This document shows positions 1-9,494 of a stretch of DNA of 64,000 nucleotides, one piece after another. The stretch's first letter is position 1. Each line of letters begins with the position of its first letter. Source of the stretch: Acidobacteriota bacterium (GTDB lineage Bacteria > Acidobacteriota > UBA6911); assembly GCA_963664705.1 (NCBI GenBank), contig OY761556.1, positions 3,072,001 to 3,136,000 of the forward strand, read 5' to 3'. Both the position numbers and the translations under genes were made by a program. The notes under the pieces were generated by a model. It was not told where the DNA came from and did no database searches. It saw nothing but the letters and a program-made list of their open reading frames with translations.

Positions 1-369
1 TTCAAATCCGGCGACATCCATCATGATTCTCACAAGATTTTTGCCTATGTCGTGTGTGTCGCCTTCCATGACACCGATAACCGCTTTGTGCTTTTCCACC
101 GTCGAATCCATCTTAAGATGGGGTCGAAGTATCTCCAGACCTGCATACATGGCATCCGAACAGATCAGCAGTTCAGGTACAAAGTATTCTTCCTTCTCAT
201 ACAGGACGCCTGCTTTATTCATGCCTGCAACCAGGCCGAGGTTGATGGCATCATAAGCGTCATATCCGGCCTCGACCACTTCTCTTGCAGCTTTCACCGC
301 CAATTCCTCATCCATGAGGAACACTCCGTCCATGAGATCCTTAAATAGATCCCCTCTTTCTCTGGGCAT
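1..369 (-). CDS. Cobalamin-binding corrinoid protein (MtaC/MttC-like), runs off the left edge
   Basis: Not in the ORF track. Manual translation from ATG at 369 gives MPRERGDLFKDL...GLVAGMNKAGVLYEKEEYFVPELL...EGDTHDIGKNLV, a B12 cap domain plus the DxHxxG motif. AGGT RBS upstream. Confidence 0.9.
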   Translation of the reverse strand, partial: MPRERGDLFKDLMDGVFLMDEELAVKAAREVVEAGYDAYDAINLGLVAGMNKAGVLYEKEEYFVPELLICSDAMYAGLEILRPHLKMDSTVEKHKAVIGVMEGDTHDIGKNLVRIMMDVAGFE

Positions 370-595
370 GTTCGTACCTACCTTTAATGCAAATTATTTG
401 ATTTATGGACCACGGCGCACCCGCAGGATGTGCCTATGCTCAGGTAAAGCCGGAGAAGGTATACAGATGGAAAGCGGTCATATTGAACAGCATAGCTTAT
501 GGACTGAATCGTATAAGAACGACTACTCTGTAATTAATTATCGTTAATGCTTGTTCCACATACGGAGAAAGCCTTGCGTATAAAAATCCACGGTT

Positions 596-2509
596 TCATG
601 CCTTTGGCCCCAAAAAGCGAGTGTTATCAGGCGATCGTTTTGTAATACCAACCCTGTCCAGATAATCCAGAAGCGGCAGCGCATATTTGCGGGTTGCATC
701 GATGAGATACTTAAACTGCACGCTTTCCATCCGCTTCTCTTTTTTAATGTGCTCTGTCACCAGTTCCCTTGCTTTTTCCACGGCTTCCGTGTGGAAGTAC
801 ATATCTCCGGCTACTCGTATAAGGCGCCCATGCTCCGTAAGGAGACGCAGAGCCTCGGCTGCCTCTTTGGTGCCCAGCCCGCAAACTTGCATAACTTCTG
901 CCCTATCGGGCGGGCTGAATATGCGTTGCAGGAATAGAGACTCCACATCCTGCAGACGTTTCTCTTCTGCAATGTCAAATCGAACGCTGTGCGATGCAAG
1001 AAGCACGCGATCTCCTGTTTTACGAATTTTGCCTCGGGATTCGAGTTCACTCAGCAGCCTTCGAATAACAGGTTTGGGCAGCTTGGATGTGGTTTGGCAG
1101 CTCTCGATTTCCAGCCCGGGGCTGGCCGGATCCTCCCGATGATATTTGGATATCTCTTCCAGCAGTTCCTGCGATAGTCTCTCGAAAGTGTCTGCGTGGA
1201 TAGTAAGGCTTTGCTCGAGGATCATTATCTTTGCGGAGTCGGCAAGCGACTGAACTATTCCCTCTGCGCAGCGTACTGTCTTCTTAATTCTTTGGGCGAT
1301 AGCCTTGATGGTTAATGCCTGGTCTGGGACCGTGCGGATAGCATATTCAGCGAACTCCGCATCGTCTCGCACGGCTTTAGCTCGACAATGCACATCTTCG
1401 AGTACGACGGGCCTGTTTCGTTTCAGCTTTCGTTCCAGCGCTTCGATGATCACTCCACCGCCGATAGTCTGAACGGGCGATAAGCTTCGCAAGATGAAGC
1501 GGTCCATCGGACCGGCCACGATAGGTTGGCTAAGTTGCACCTGCACAAGCGCGCGCTCCCCGCCACGAGAAACATCCCCTTCGAGCGTGTATACGGTTGC
1601 GGTATTCTCCGAAGTGCCGGTATGGAATTTCACCGAAGATCCGTTCTTGAGATACAGCCCATCGAGAGCCAGCATATTCAATTCGCACAAAAATAGATTG
1701 GCCGGAGTGAACCATCCTTCCACTGTAATGACATCCCCCCGGGAAATCGTATCCTGGTCCCATTGCGGCACATTAATCGCGGCACATTGTCCGCATTGCA
1801 CCCGATCCGACTGGGTCGCATAAACCTGAATTGCTTTTATCCTTCCGGTCGAAGCCTGAGGATAAATGATCACCTGTTCTCCCAAGCCGGCGGAACCACT
1901 GACAGGTATGCCGGATACGATCGTTCCATACCCTTTTACCGAGAAGGTGCGCTCGACGGGCAAACGGAATATGCCGTCTGTCTGTTTTGGCTTCAGGTTC
2001 TGAACCAAGTTCGCAAGTCCTTCATAAAACGGCTCGAATCCTTCTCCAGTAATGTTTGAAAAGGGAAAGATCGATGCGTTTTGTAGGAATGTCCCATGAA
2101 GGTAAGTGCGGATTTCCTGAGTAACGGTTTCGACACGCTCCGGAAGGACCTTGTCCACCTTGGTCAAAACGACAACGCCGTGCTGCACACCCAGCAGCGA
2201 CAGGATGTCCAGGTGCTCCCGTGTCTGCGGCATCACGCCATCATCGGCTGCAATAACAAAGATCACGGCATCGATCCCTGTAGCCCCAGCCACCATAGTC
2301 TTGACAAAGTTCTCATGCCCGGGAACATCTACAATCCCCACCTCGAGATCGGCGATTTTCCAGGGAGCAAAACCCAGCTCTATCGACATCCCCCTTTCTT
2401 TTTCTTCTTTCAACCGGTCGGTTTCGCACCCAGTCAGGTTCCCGACCAGGGCTGTTTTGCCATGATCGATATGGCCCGCGGTTCCAAGCGTAATGTTCTT
2501 TTGATTCAT
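596..2509 (-). CDS. selB: Selenocysteine-specific elongation factor SelB
   Basis: [21 protein letters not shown] GTPase motifs; C-terminal winged-helix TRKYALPLLDYLD. Confidence 0.97.
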   Translation of the reverse strand: MNQKNITLGTAGHIDHGKTALVGNLTGCETDRLKEEKERGMSIELGFAPWKIADLEVGIVDVPGHENFVKTMVAGATGIDAVIFVIAADDGVMPQTREHLDILSLLGVQHGVVVLTKVDKVLPERVETVTQEIRTYLHGTFLQNASIFPFSNITGEGFEPFYEGLANLVQNLKPKQTDGIFRLPVERTFSVKGYGTIVSGIPVSGSAGLGEQVIIYPQASTGRIKAIQVYATQSDRVQCGQCAAINVPQWDQDTISRGDVITVEGWFTPANLFLCELNMLALDGLYLKNGSSVKFHTGTSENTATVYTLEGDVSRGGERALVQVQLSQPIVAGPMDRFILRSLSPVQTIGGGVIIEALERKLKRNRPVVLEDVHCRAKAVRDDAEFAEYAIRTVPDQALTIKAIAQRIKKTVRCAEGIVQSLADSAKIMILEQSLTIHADTFERLSQELLEEISKYHREDPASPGLEIESCQTTSKLPKPVIRRLLSELESRGKIRKTGDRVLLASHSVRFDIAEEKRLQDVESLFLQRIFSPPDRAEVMQVCGLGTKEAAEALRLLTEHGRLIRVAGDMYFHTEAVEKARELVTEHIKKEKRMESVQFKYLIDATRKYALPLLDYLDRVGITKRSPDNTRFLGPKA

Positions 2510-2533
2510 AACTTTCCGATGCGGAATACAGCT

Positions 2534-3937
2534 TTATAAAATCTGACGTAAGGCTTCGATCACGATGGAATCTTCTCCCGGCAGGAGCGTCCTTGGATCA
2601 AATAACACTTGCTCGTTTTGAATCCTCGCAATGATGGGTATTCGGTGCTGGCGCAGCCTGAGAACCAGCGTCTGCGCGGATATTACTTTTGGAGTGATCA
2701 CCAGCAGTGTTGTTTGAAGGTTCTGGTCGGGCAGAGATCCACTGCCTGTCTGCGAAAATCCCTGAACTGTTTTGATTTCTGCCTGCGGTTGGGCCTCTCC
2801 AAGTTTGGCCGCCAATGTTTCAGCAGCAACCTGAAGATCTTCCGGTTTCCGAAGAATCATCTCGAGTGTGGGAAGTTTACGTTCAGCATTTTTTGAGTCG
2901 AGGAAAAGCCTGAGAGTCGCTTCCAGAGCTGCAAGAGTCAATTTGCCTACCCGCAGAATACGCGCAAACTGGTTTTTCCGGATCGCCGCTATTAAATCCG
3001 ATCTCCCAAGGATGATCCCTCCCTGCGAAGCGCCGATCAGCTTGTCAGCACTGCTGGTTATGAGGTCCGAGCCTGCCGCGATGGATTGTGGCAACGTCGG
3101 TTCCGGTTCAAAGCCATACCTCGACATATCTACCAGGGATCCCGCACCCACATCATCGATCAGAACGAGTTTATGTTTGTGGGCGATCTGTACCATCTCA
3201 TCGAGAGGCACCTCTGAGGTGAACCCGTGGATTTTGTAATTGCTGGGATGCACTCGAAGAAGCGCAGCCGTGTTTTCCGTAATTGCCCTCTCATAGTCCC
3301 TGGCATGCGTTTTGTTCGTGGTCCCGACTTCCACCATCCGGGCGCCGCTGAAGGCCATTACGTCCGGAAGCCTGAACTCTCCACCAATTTCGACGAGCTG
3401 GCCCCTGGACACAATCACCTCCTTACCCTTCGCGATTGTGTTGAGTACAATGGAGGTTGCGGCCGCGTTGTTGTTGACAACGGTAGCGGCCTGCGCGCCG
3501 GTAAGGCGGCAAAGAAGGGTCTCAACGCCTTCATCCCTGGATGATCTTTGGCCTGAACCTAAACCGATCTGGAGCCTGGAGTATCCGGCAAGTTCCTCCC
3601 TTATCTCCTCAAGAGCTTCCTTTGCGAGTACGGCCCGGCCCAGTGCCGTGTGCAAAATTATGCCTGTGGCGTTGATCACCTTTTGATAAAACGGCCGCTT
3701 CATTGAATTCAGGGCGCCGAGAGTCTGGCTGAGGATCTCCTTGGAAATATCGCTTTTGCTCTTGTCCTTATAAGCGCCCTTTTGGATTTTGGCTCGGACC
3801 TTTTCTTTGACCTCGCGCACGGTCAGGGTAATGATTTCGGGGTTGAACCCGATGCCTGCCGATTGCAGTTCCGCTGATTTGAGTATGACGTCAACAGAAG
3901 GAAGATTTCGCAGGGCTTGATTCTCCTGGTTTTTCAT
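2534..3937 (-). CDS. selA: L-seryl-tRNA(Sec) selenium transferase
   Basis: LRNLPSVD, VINATGIILHTALGRA, SRGQLVEIGGEFRLPDVM, SADKLIG PLP-lysine motif. Confidence 0.97.
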   Translation of the reverse strand: MKNQENQALRNLPSVDVILKSAELQSAGIGFNPEIITLTVREVKEKVRAKIQKGAYKDKSKSDISKEILSQTLGALNSMKRPFYQKVINATGIILHTALGRAVLAKEALEEIREELAGYSRLQIGLGSGQRSSRDEGVETLLCRLTGAQAATVVNNNAAATSIVLNTIAKGKEVIVSRGQLVEIGGEFRLPDVMAFSGARMVEVGTTNKTHARDYERAITENTAALLRVHPSNYKIHGFTSEVPLDEMVQIAHKHKLVLIDDVGAGSLVDMSRYGFEPEPTLPQSIAAGSDLITSSADKLIGASQGGIILGRSDLIAAIRKNQFARILRVGKLTLAALEATLRLFLDSKNAERKLPTLEMILRKPEDLQVAAETLAAKLGEAQPQAEIKTVQGFSQTGSGSLPDQNLQTTLLVITPKVISAQTLVLRLRQHRIPIIARIQNEQVLFDPRTLLPGEDSIVIEALRQIL

Positions 3938-4139
3938 AGGTCCCCATTCCGGAGTTAAACATCGCTCGAACCTGCGCTATGTCGCGCAACTTCTTACAAT
4001 CAGTAGTATGAGAATTGAAATCAGATAATGGGTAGACGGCGGACCGACGTTAGCGTTGGGACACTCAGGTATATCCGGAGAAGGTATGGATAGATTGTGC
4101 AGACCCGATCACAAGCAGACTCCAATTAATGGTTATCGC

Positions 4140-4169
4140 ATTATCAATCCGACCTTGCCAAACCGTCAA
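4140..4169 (-). promoter_or_regulatory. Putative sigma70 promoter for selA-selB
   Basis: TTGACG-18 nt-GATAAT on the minus strand. Confidence 0.35.
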
Positions 4170-4224
4170 TAGTTTTTTCAAGGGAGCAATTTTGAAATTT
4201 GGTGCCTTTTGAGGTAAGCGGGGA

Positions 4225-4413
4225 ATGGCGGCAAAGCGAAAGGAATTGCAAAAAGGACCGAAACAAATTATCGTGACGATTCGTTGATTGGACAAGAAAG
4301 TGAGTTTGCCTTGAAAACGGCAGTTTGGAAAACCTGGGAAGGCGGTTGAGTCGCGGCACACGATGCTCGTGGCGAGTTCGCTGGATGCCGGCCCGGGAGT
4401 GGCAATGCCGTAA
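4225..4413 (+). CDS. Putative 62-aa leader peptide with two in-frame UGA codons upstream of selD
   Basis: GAGGT SD at 4211-4215, ATG 4225, UGA at 4285 and 4312, TAA 4411: MAAKRKELQKGPKQIIVTIR-U-LDKKVSLP-U-KRQFGKPG...; only weak hairpins follow each UGA. Confidence 0.3.
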
Positions 4414-4532
4414 CTGCTTTTTGATTTCATTCCGTTCCATCTCTTAGGCTGCATCACATCCCATTCACAACCACAAAGATCAGCGCGGATTGGTTCCGCC
4501 TCAATTTGTTTCCTTGCCTAATGAGATCTACT

Positions 4533-6143
4533 ATGACGATCAATATTGAGCGACGAAGACGTGCAATGCAGCGTTCTGTTCGCCTGGGGCACTGTGTGTG
4601 CGACCCCGCAAAGCCCTGCCCCTGCGACCTGTTCAAGGAAAAAGACATTTGCCTCTGTGCCGGCGAGCGGTTGGAGGCTCCGGTCGGACCTGTCGCACTG
4701 ACGCAGTTGGTGGAGAAAGCCGGGTGCGCGTCTAAAATCGATCAAGCGTTTCTTAAGGCTACGCTTAATAATTTGCCCACCTTCGATGATCCGCATGTTT
4801 TGGTGGGAATGCCCGCGGGCGATGACGCCGGCGTGTACGAAATTGGAAATGGGATGGCGTTGGTGCAAACCGTGGATGTATTCACGCCTTCTGTAGACGA
4901 CCCATACCTATTTGGTCAGGTGGCAGCGGCTAATTCCCTCAGCGATGTTTATGCTATGGGTGGACGGCCGATCACCGCATTGTCAATTGTCGGATTTCCC
5001 GTGCGCAAGGTCCCGGACAGCGCCCTTCATGAAATAATGCGCGGCGGCATAGATAAAATGAAAGAAGCTGGGGTCCCGGTCATCGGCGGCCACAGTATCG
5101 ATGACGATCAGATAAAGGCAGGCTTTGCCGTAACCGGACTCATCCAAACCGATCAGGTAGCCACGAATGCTAATGCCCAGGTCGGTGACTTGCTAATTCT
5201 GACAAAGCCGCTGGGGACAGGAATTGTGGCCTTCGCCCGGCAAATCGGACGTGCCGAGGAAGAATCGGTAGCCGCTGCCGTGCAATCAATGACAACGCTC
5301 AATAAGGCAGCGGCAGAGCAAATGGCGGCGCACAATGTTCATTCTTGCACAGATGTCACCGGTTTCGGGCTTATGGGGCACTTGTCGGAAATGGCCTTGA
5401 GGAGCGGAGTTGATATTGAACTGCTCTGGGATAGTCTCCCCTGGTTCCCTGGTGTTTTGCAATATGTTGCCGATGGCATTCTTCCGGGAGCCATCGAGCG
5501 AAACAAAGAGTCGTGCGGAGACCGCGTATTTTCCGGCAGCGGGATCAGTGAACTTATGCTGGATATGTGCTTCGATGCTCAAACTTCGGGAGGGTTGCTC
5601 ATGGTGGTCGACCCGAAAAACTCGGAAACGCTTTTAAGCGCGCTACACCTCGCAGGCATCCCGGATGCATGTGTCATCGGCAACGTCCGGCAAAAAGGCG
5701 AAGGCCGCGTCTTTCTTGAAACCAATGGGAGAAGGAGATTACCTATGTCGAAAGATCAATCCAAACCCACTCCAACGCCGCAGGAATCCGCGTGCTGTAC
5801 GGAACAGGCCCAACAAGCTTCCTGCTGCAGCCCTGAAATCCAGACTGCCGGCTGTTGCTCCGGTGAGGCAGAATCAGCCGCCGAGTCGGGCGCGGAAGCA
5901 CTCTATGGGCAGTTTCTTTCCGCGGTAGGAAAGCCCGGAAGTCTGGATGCATTCACCAAACAGGCGATCAACATTGCGTTGGCGGTGGGGACCCGATGTG
6001 AACCCTGCCTAAAAGCCCACATTCAGAAGGCAAAACAAAACGGTTTCACACCGGCCGAGATAGATGAGGCCGCGTGGATGGGGGTGGGATTCGGAGGGTC
6101 GCCTGCTCTGATGATGTATACACGATTAAAAAATAGCAAATAG
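4533..6143 (+). CDS. selD: Selenide, water dikinase SelD (Cys form) with an N-terminal CxC-CPC-CxC domain and a C-terminal CMD/AhpD-like domain
   Basis: LTQ...GCASK, DDAGVY, QTVDVFTP, AANSLSDVYAMGG, TDVTGFGL, DAQTSGGLL; extensions CVC..CPC..CLC and RCEPC..H. Start could be 4521 or 4533. Confidence 0.95.
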   Translation: MTINIERRRRAMQRSVRLGHCVCDPAKPCPCDLFKEKDICLCAGERLEAPVGPVALTQLVEKAGCASKIDQAFLKATLNNLPTFDDPHVLVGMPAGDDAGVYEIGNGMALVQTVDVFTPSVDDPYLFGQVAAANSLSDVYAMGGRPITALSIVGFPVRKVPDSALHEIMRGGIDKMKEAGVPVIGGHSIDDDQIKAGFAVTGLIQTDQVATNANAQVGDLLILTKPLGTGIVAFARQIGRAEEESVAAAVQSMTTLNKAAAEQMAAHNVHSCTDVTGFGLMGHLSEMALRSGVDIELLWDSLPWFPGVLQYVADGILPGAIERNKESCGDRVFSGSGISELMLDMCFDAQTSGGLLMVVDPKNSETLLSALHLAGIPDACVIGNVRQKGEGRVFLETNGRRRLPMSKDQSKPTPTPQESACCTEQAQQASCCSPEIQTAGCCSGEAESAAESGAEALYGQFLSAVGKPGSLDAFTKQAINIALAVGTRCEPCLKAHIQKAKQNGFTPAEIDEAAWMGVGFGGSPALMMYTRLKNSK

Positions 6144-6177
6144 ATCGAGCAGGCAAACAAGTTGACCTAATTCACGC

Positions 6178-6207
6178 TTGACCTTGTATTGCAGGATGCC
6201 GTAAATT
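6178..6207 (+). promoter_or_regulatory. Putative sigma70 promoter of selC
   Basis: TTGACC-18 nt-TAAATT ending 7 nt before the tRNA 5' end. Confidence 0.5.
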
Positions 6208-6214
6208 CATCAGC

Positions 6215-6309
6215 GGAGGTGACGGGGGCCCGGTGGCTCCCGCGGTCTTCAAAACCGTTGAGCCGCCTTTAAAGCGGCAGGTGGGTTCAACTCCCATTCG
6301 CCTCCGCCA
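6215..6309 (+). tRNA. selC: tRNA-Sec (anticodon UCA)
   Basis: 95 nt; 8-bp acceptor stem GGAGGTGA/TCGCCTCC, anticodon loop CT-TCA-AA, long variable arm, G discriminator, encoded CCA. Confidence 0.97.
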
Positions 6310-6341
6310 CTACCCTTTGCTTCACTCCTTATCTCCGCCAA

Positions 6342-7091
6342 TTATCTTGTTGCCCGCAAATATACTCCCTCGGTGTACCTGGATGTGGTGTATCCGGTTT
6401 TGCCGAGAATCTTAGCCGAACGAAATCCGGCTTCGCCTAGTTTCGCCAGGTAGTCCCCACCCGGCAACGCTCCGGCGATTCAGGTCGACCAGGCATCCAT
6501 GCTCGCCAATGTCTCTTCTGGAATGCTTTCTACCACCACAAGATCGGCGGCCACAAAATTTCCGTCCGGACGTAACACCCGAGCGATCTCCCTAAAGGCT
6601 TTATCCTTATCAGGGACCAGGTTTAGAACACCGTTTGAAATCACGAAATCGAATGACGCATTTTCAAAAGGCAATTCTTCAGCCGATCCCTCTTGGAAAC
6701 GAAGGTTTTGCATAGCGGTTTCCGCCCGGGCTTTGCAGGCCCAATCGAGCATTTCGGCCGTAAAATCAATGCCGAAAACCAGTCCCTCCGGCCCCGCCAG
6801 GAGCGCTGAGACAAAAGAGTCAAGACCACAGCCACAGCCGATATCAAGGACTCGCTCTCCTTTACGCACGGAACGGATGCTGAATGGATTCCCCACTCCG
6901 ACGAATCTATCCACGACATCCTTCGGAATAGTACGGATCAACTCACGAGGGTATCCAAGCCGTTCCAAGCTCTCTTGTCCGACAGGATAGGGGAACAGAC
7001 CTTCCGCCTTATGCGAAACACCTCGGTATTTGCTCTTTATGGCAGACTGCAGTCGTTCTTTCCAATTGTCAGCGAAACAATTATCCGTCAC
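6342..7091 (-). CDS. ArsM-like SAM-dependent methyltransferase, selenoprotein (Sec at UGA 6480-6482)
   Basis: DIGCGCG SAM motif; reading through the UGA gives DAWST-U-IAGALPGGDYLAKLGEAGF...ATR*, matching the ArsM W-x-x-C-x-A-G-A motif; SECIS hairpin follows. Confidence 0.88.
6443..6467 (-). promoter_or_regulatory. SECIS-like hairpin (methyltransferase)
   Basis: UUGCCGGGUG-GGGAC-UACCUGGCGA, 10-bp stem starting 12 nt after the UGA. Confidence 0.75.
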
Positions 7092-7195
7092 TTAACAGGC
7101 GCTCCCGTGTTGGTTTTCACCCTATAATTCCATTACTGCCTCTAATTGTAGAATCGCTCATGCTATGATAATAATGATTTTGTTGGACAGATACG

Positions 7196-7210
7196 ATGCA
7201 GATTTCGCAT
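7196..7210. promoter_or_regulatory. Possible LysR recognition box (ATG-N9-CAT; T-N11-A)
   Basis: ATGcagatttcgCAT dyad at the lysR start, facing the divergent methyltransferase. Confidence 0.35.
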
Positions 7211-8131
7211 AGAATAATTTCCCAACTGAATTTTCAACACTTGCGCACATTCCAGATATTGGCACGCCTTGAGAACTTCTCCAGAACAGGCGATCAAGTC
7301 GGACTATCGCAATCAGCCGTTTCAAGGCACATCAGTGCGTTGGAAGAGGCATTGGGGCTACGGCTATTTGAACGTATCGGACGGCGCGCAATATTGACCT
7401 CGGCCGGAAGAATTTTGCGAGAACGAATTGAGACGCTTATGCGAGAAGCCGATGCTCTGCCGAACATTCTTAAAGATTTGGCAGAAGGGATACAGGGCGA
7501 TCTCAGGATTGGCGCCTGCATTACCGCCGCAAATGCCATTCTTCCGCAAGCTCTCGGGTTGTACAGGCATCAGTACCCACACATCGGGCTTTCACTTCAA
7601 CCGGGCAATAGTTCTGATATTATCGAATGCCTTCGACGGGGTGAGATCGATCTTGCATTTGTTGCCTCGGACAGGTTGCCTTCCGATGTTAAAACTCTGG
7701 CGGAAATTGCGGATGATCTGATTTTATTCGCCTCGCCGGATCACCCAATCTCGATCAAGCGTAACATTGAAGCGAATGATCTCGCTGATTGCGACTTTAT
7801 CCAGCGAGAGGCTCCATCAGACACACACTCGATGGTCACGCGTTGGCTAGAAGCGAAAGGAATTCAGTTGCGAAATCTGATGGATGTGTGGTGACCGGAC
7901 ACTATCAGGCGCCTGGTAGGCGCTGGGTTGGGAATATCTGCACTGTCCCGCCGATTAATTGCGGACGAACTCCTGAAGAGAACTCTTAAGGAGTTGCGAG
8001 TCAAAGGATGGCCGCTGTCCAGGAAAATTCGAATTGCTGTTATGAAGGAGTATTTTTTGTCCAGGGCAACGAAGCAGTTCCTTCAGTTGCTGCGACACAA
8101 GGTCCCGGAGGGACGGTTCTTTGATGCCTAA
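7196..8131 (+). CDS. LysR-family regulator with in-frame UGA (Sec233), 311 aa
   Basis: LysR HTH (LSQSAVSRHISALEEALGLRLFER); the same frame continues after UGA 7892-7894 as PDTIRRLVGAGLGISALS... to TAA, restoring normal LysR length. Confidence 0.85.
7906..7925 (+). promoter_or_regulatory. SECIS-like hairpin (LysR)
   Basis: CA(G)GCGCCU-GGU-AGGCGCUG, starting 11 nt after the UGA, with GU in the apical loop. Confidence 0.75.
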
Positions 8132-8212
8132 TACAGGGAACTCCGACGTCTCAATGGCGAGCCGAAAGAAACCGCAATCTGTTCCGCCAAGCAGTACGTA
8201 GCCGCTTCATGC

Positions 8213-8239
8213 GGCGGGCTTGATCAAACCAAGCCCGCC
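8213..8239. terminator. Hairpin between convergent genes (terminator or REP-like)
   Basis: GGCGGGCTTG-atcaaac-CAAGCCCGCC, perfect 10-bp stem. Confidence 0.5.
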
Positions 8240-8252
8240 ACACAGTTGTCAC

Positions 8253-9350
8253 TTACTTCTTCTTTTCCGCCCCTCTCTTTCCGCCCAGGTTGAACTGAAC
8301 ACCCAATTGCAGGCTGGTTTTTGCAAAATCTGCAGCTCTTTGGGTATTGGTGAAATCCAACCCGACATATTGATGAAGGCGAACAGGAACAGTGAGGTAG
8401 TAGGTCGCGAACCCCGCATCCCAAGCTATTCCCGGGGAAAGCGAAACCATGTACCCTGGCTGACGGTATCCAGATGTGGCGGTTAAAACGTTATAAACCG
8501 GAACACCAGCAACCTGGCTGCCGACAGACAACGAAAAGCGCTTGAAATGTGGAACAGCCGTGGATATGCCGCCGCTAAACTGGTAGGAATCCGGAGCGGT
8601 CAGATAGCGTACATTTTCCGCAACTGCCTGCGGACCGGCCGGGTTTACGGCCGCACCGAACGCGATGGTGTCGTTTTGCTTTTTGAGACTGAATAGGTAA
8701 AGCCCGCTTCCATAGACGCTGAATCGCCCTATCGAGCGGAACCCTTGAGCAGACAGCCTCAAGCCTAAAGCACCACTGCCAGGCTGAACAGCAGGATACA
8801 CGGGACGATTGATAATATTTGCCCCTTTGGAGTCGGGATAGGGGACCTGATAATTGGACTCCCCGGTTGGCAACCGAAGTCCCAAACCAACACTGATGTT
8901 CTGTTTGGTATTTTTTTCAGGATTCAGCAACCACATCCGGCCGCCAATGACGGCATCGCCGAAACCGTGCACGTGCTGATAATAGCGAGTGCCTGCGACT
9001 ACATTGCTCCAATAAGACCAGAGAACATAGGGAACTTCGGCGGTAAGGTTGATCCTGCGGGAGAGGCCATAGGCTCCCTGTAGATTCAGTGTGTCGCCTC
9101 CCTCCCACACCGAATTTGTCGATATGACGTCGTACCCACGAAACGTCTCATCGGTCGCAAATCGACCCCAATAGCTATTCAACTGAAACTGGCCCTTTTG
9201 CAGGTACGGGCCCATCATGCCGCCACGCATGGGCGACATACTCTTGGACAAAATTCAACCACAGCCCTGCGAGAATGCAGACTGAGGTATGAGTAGAGCG
9301 AGGCCGATTACCATCGGTAACAGCCAGCTCAAGTAATCACACTTCCTCAT
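8253..9350 (-). CDS. Exported outer-membrane beta-barrel transporter-family selenoprotein, paralog 1 (signal peptide + QGCG-U)
   Basis: AAAGGA RBS, ATG 9350, signal peptide ending SAFS, then QGCG-UGA(9255-57)-ILSKSMSP in frame with the 332-aa ORF; GFGD..LRLPTG..QPGSG motifs resemble the Phenol_MetA_deg-type barrel family. Confidence 0.85.
9217..9239 (-). promoter_or_regulatory. SECIS-like hairpin (barrel paralog 1)
   Basis: AUGUCGCC-CAUGCGU-GGCGGCAU starting 15 nt after the UGA. Confidence 0.7.
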
Positions 9351-9494
9351 CGAAACATTCCTTTCTAGCATAGTTTTCTCTATTGCACACAAGCAACGTG
9401 CCACATTGTGGTCGAATGAGTCCTTCGCATGCAAATATATTTGAATATTATAATAATGAGAAATACGGATAAGATCTCAGGTAAGGCGGACTGG

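Noticed and set aside
596-598. selB ends in UGA: possible readthrough
   Set aside because: The protein is complete at this point and the downstream frame shows no recognisable similarity
4310-4415. Cobalamin or c-di-GMP riboswitch suggested by CTGGGAAGG and the nearby GGCAAA..GAAA
   Set aside because: The other conserved elements are absent or in the wrong order
4065-4457. Minus-strand ORFs of 130 and 98 aa between selA and selD
   Set aside because: No motifs or protein-like composition; they overlap the likely promoter region
9385-9403. sigma54 promoter TGGCACG-N4-TTGT upstream of barrel paralog 1
   Set aside because: The -12 element is GT rather than GC, and the paralog's upstream region lacks correct spacing
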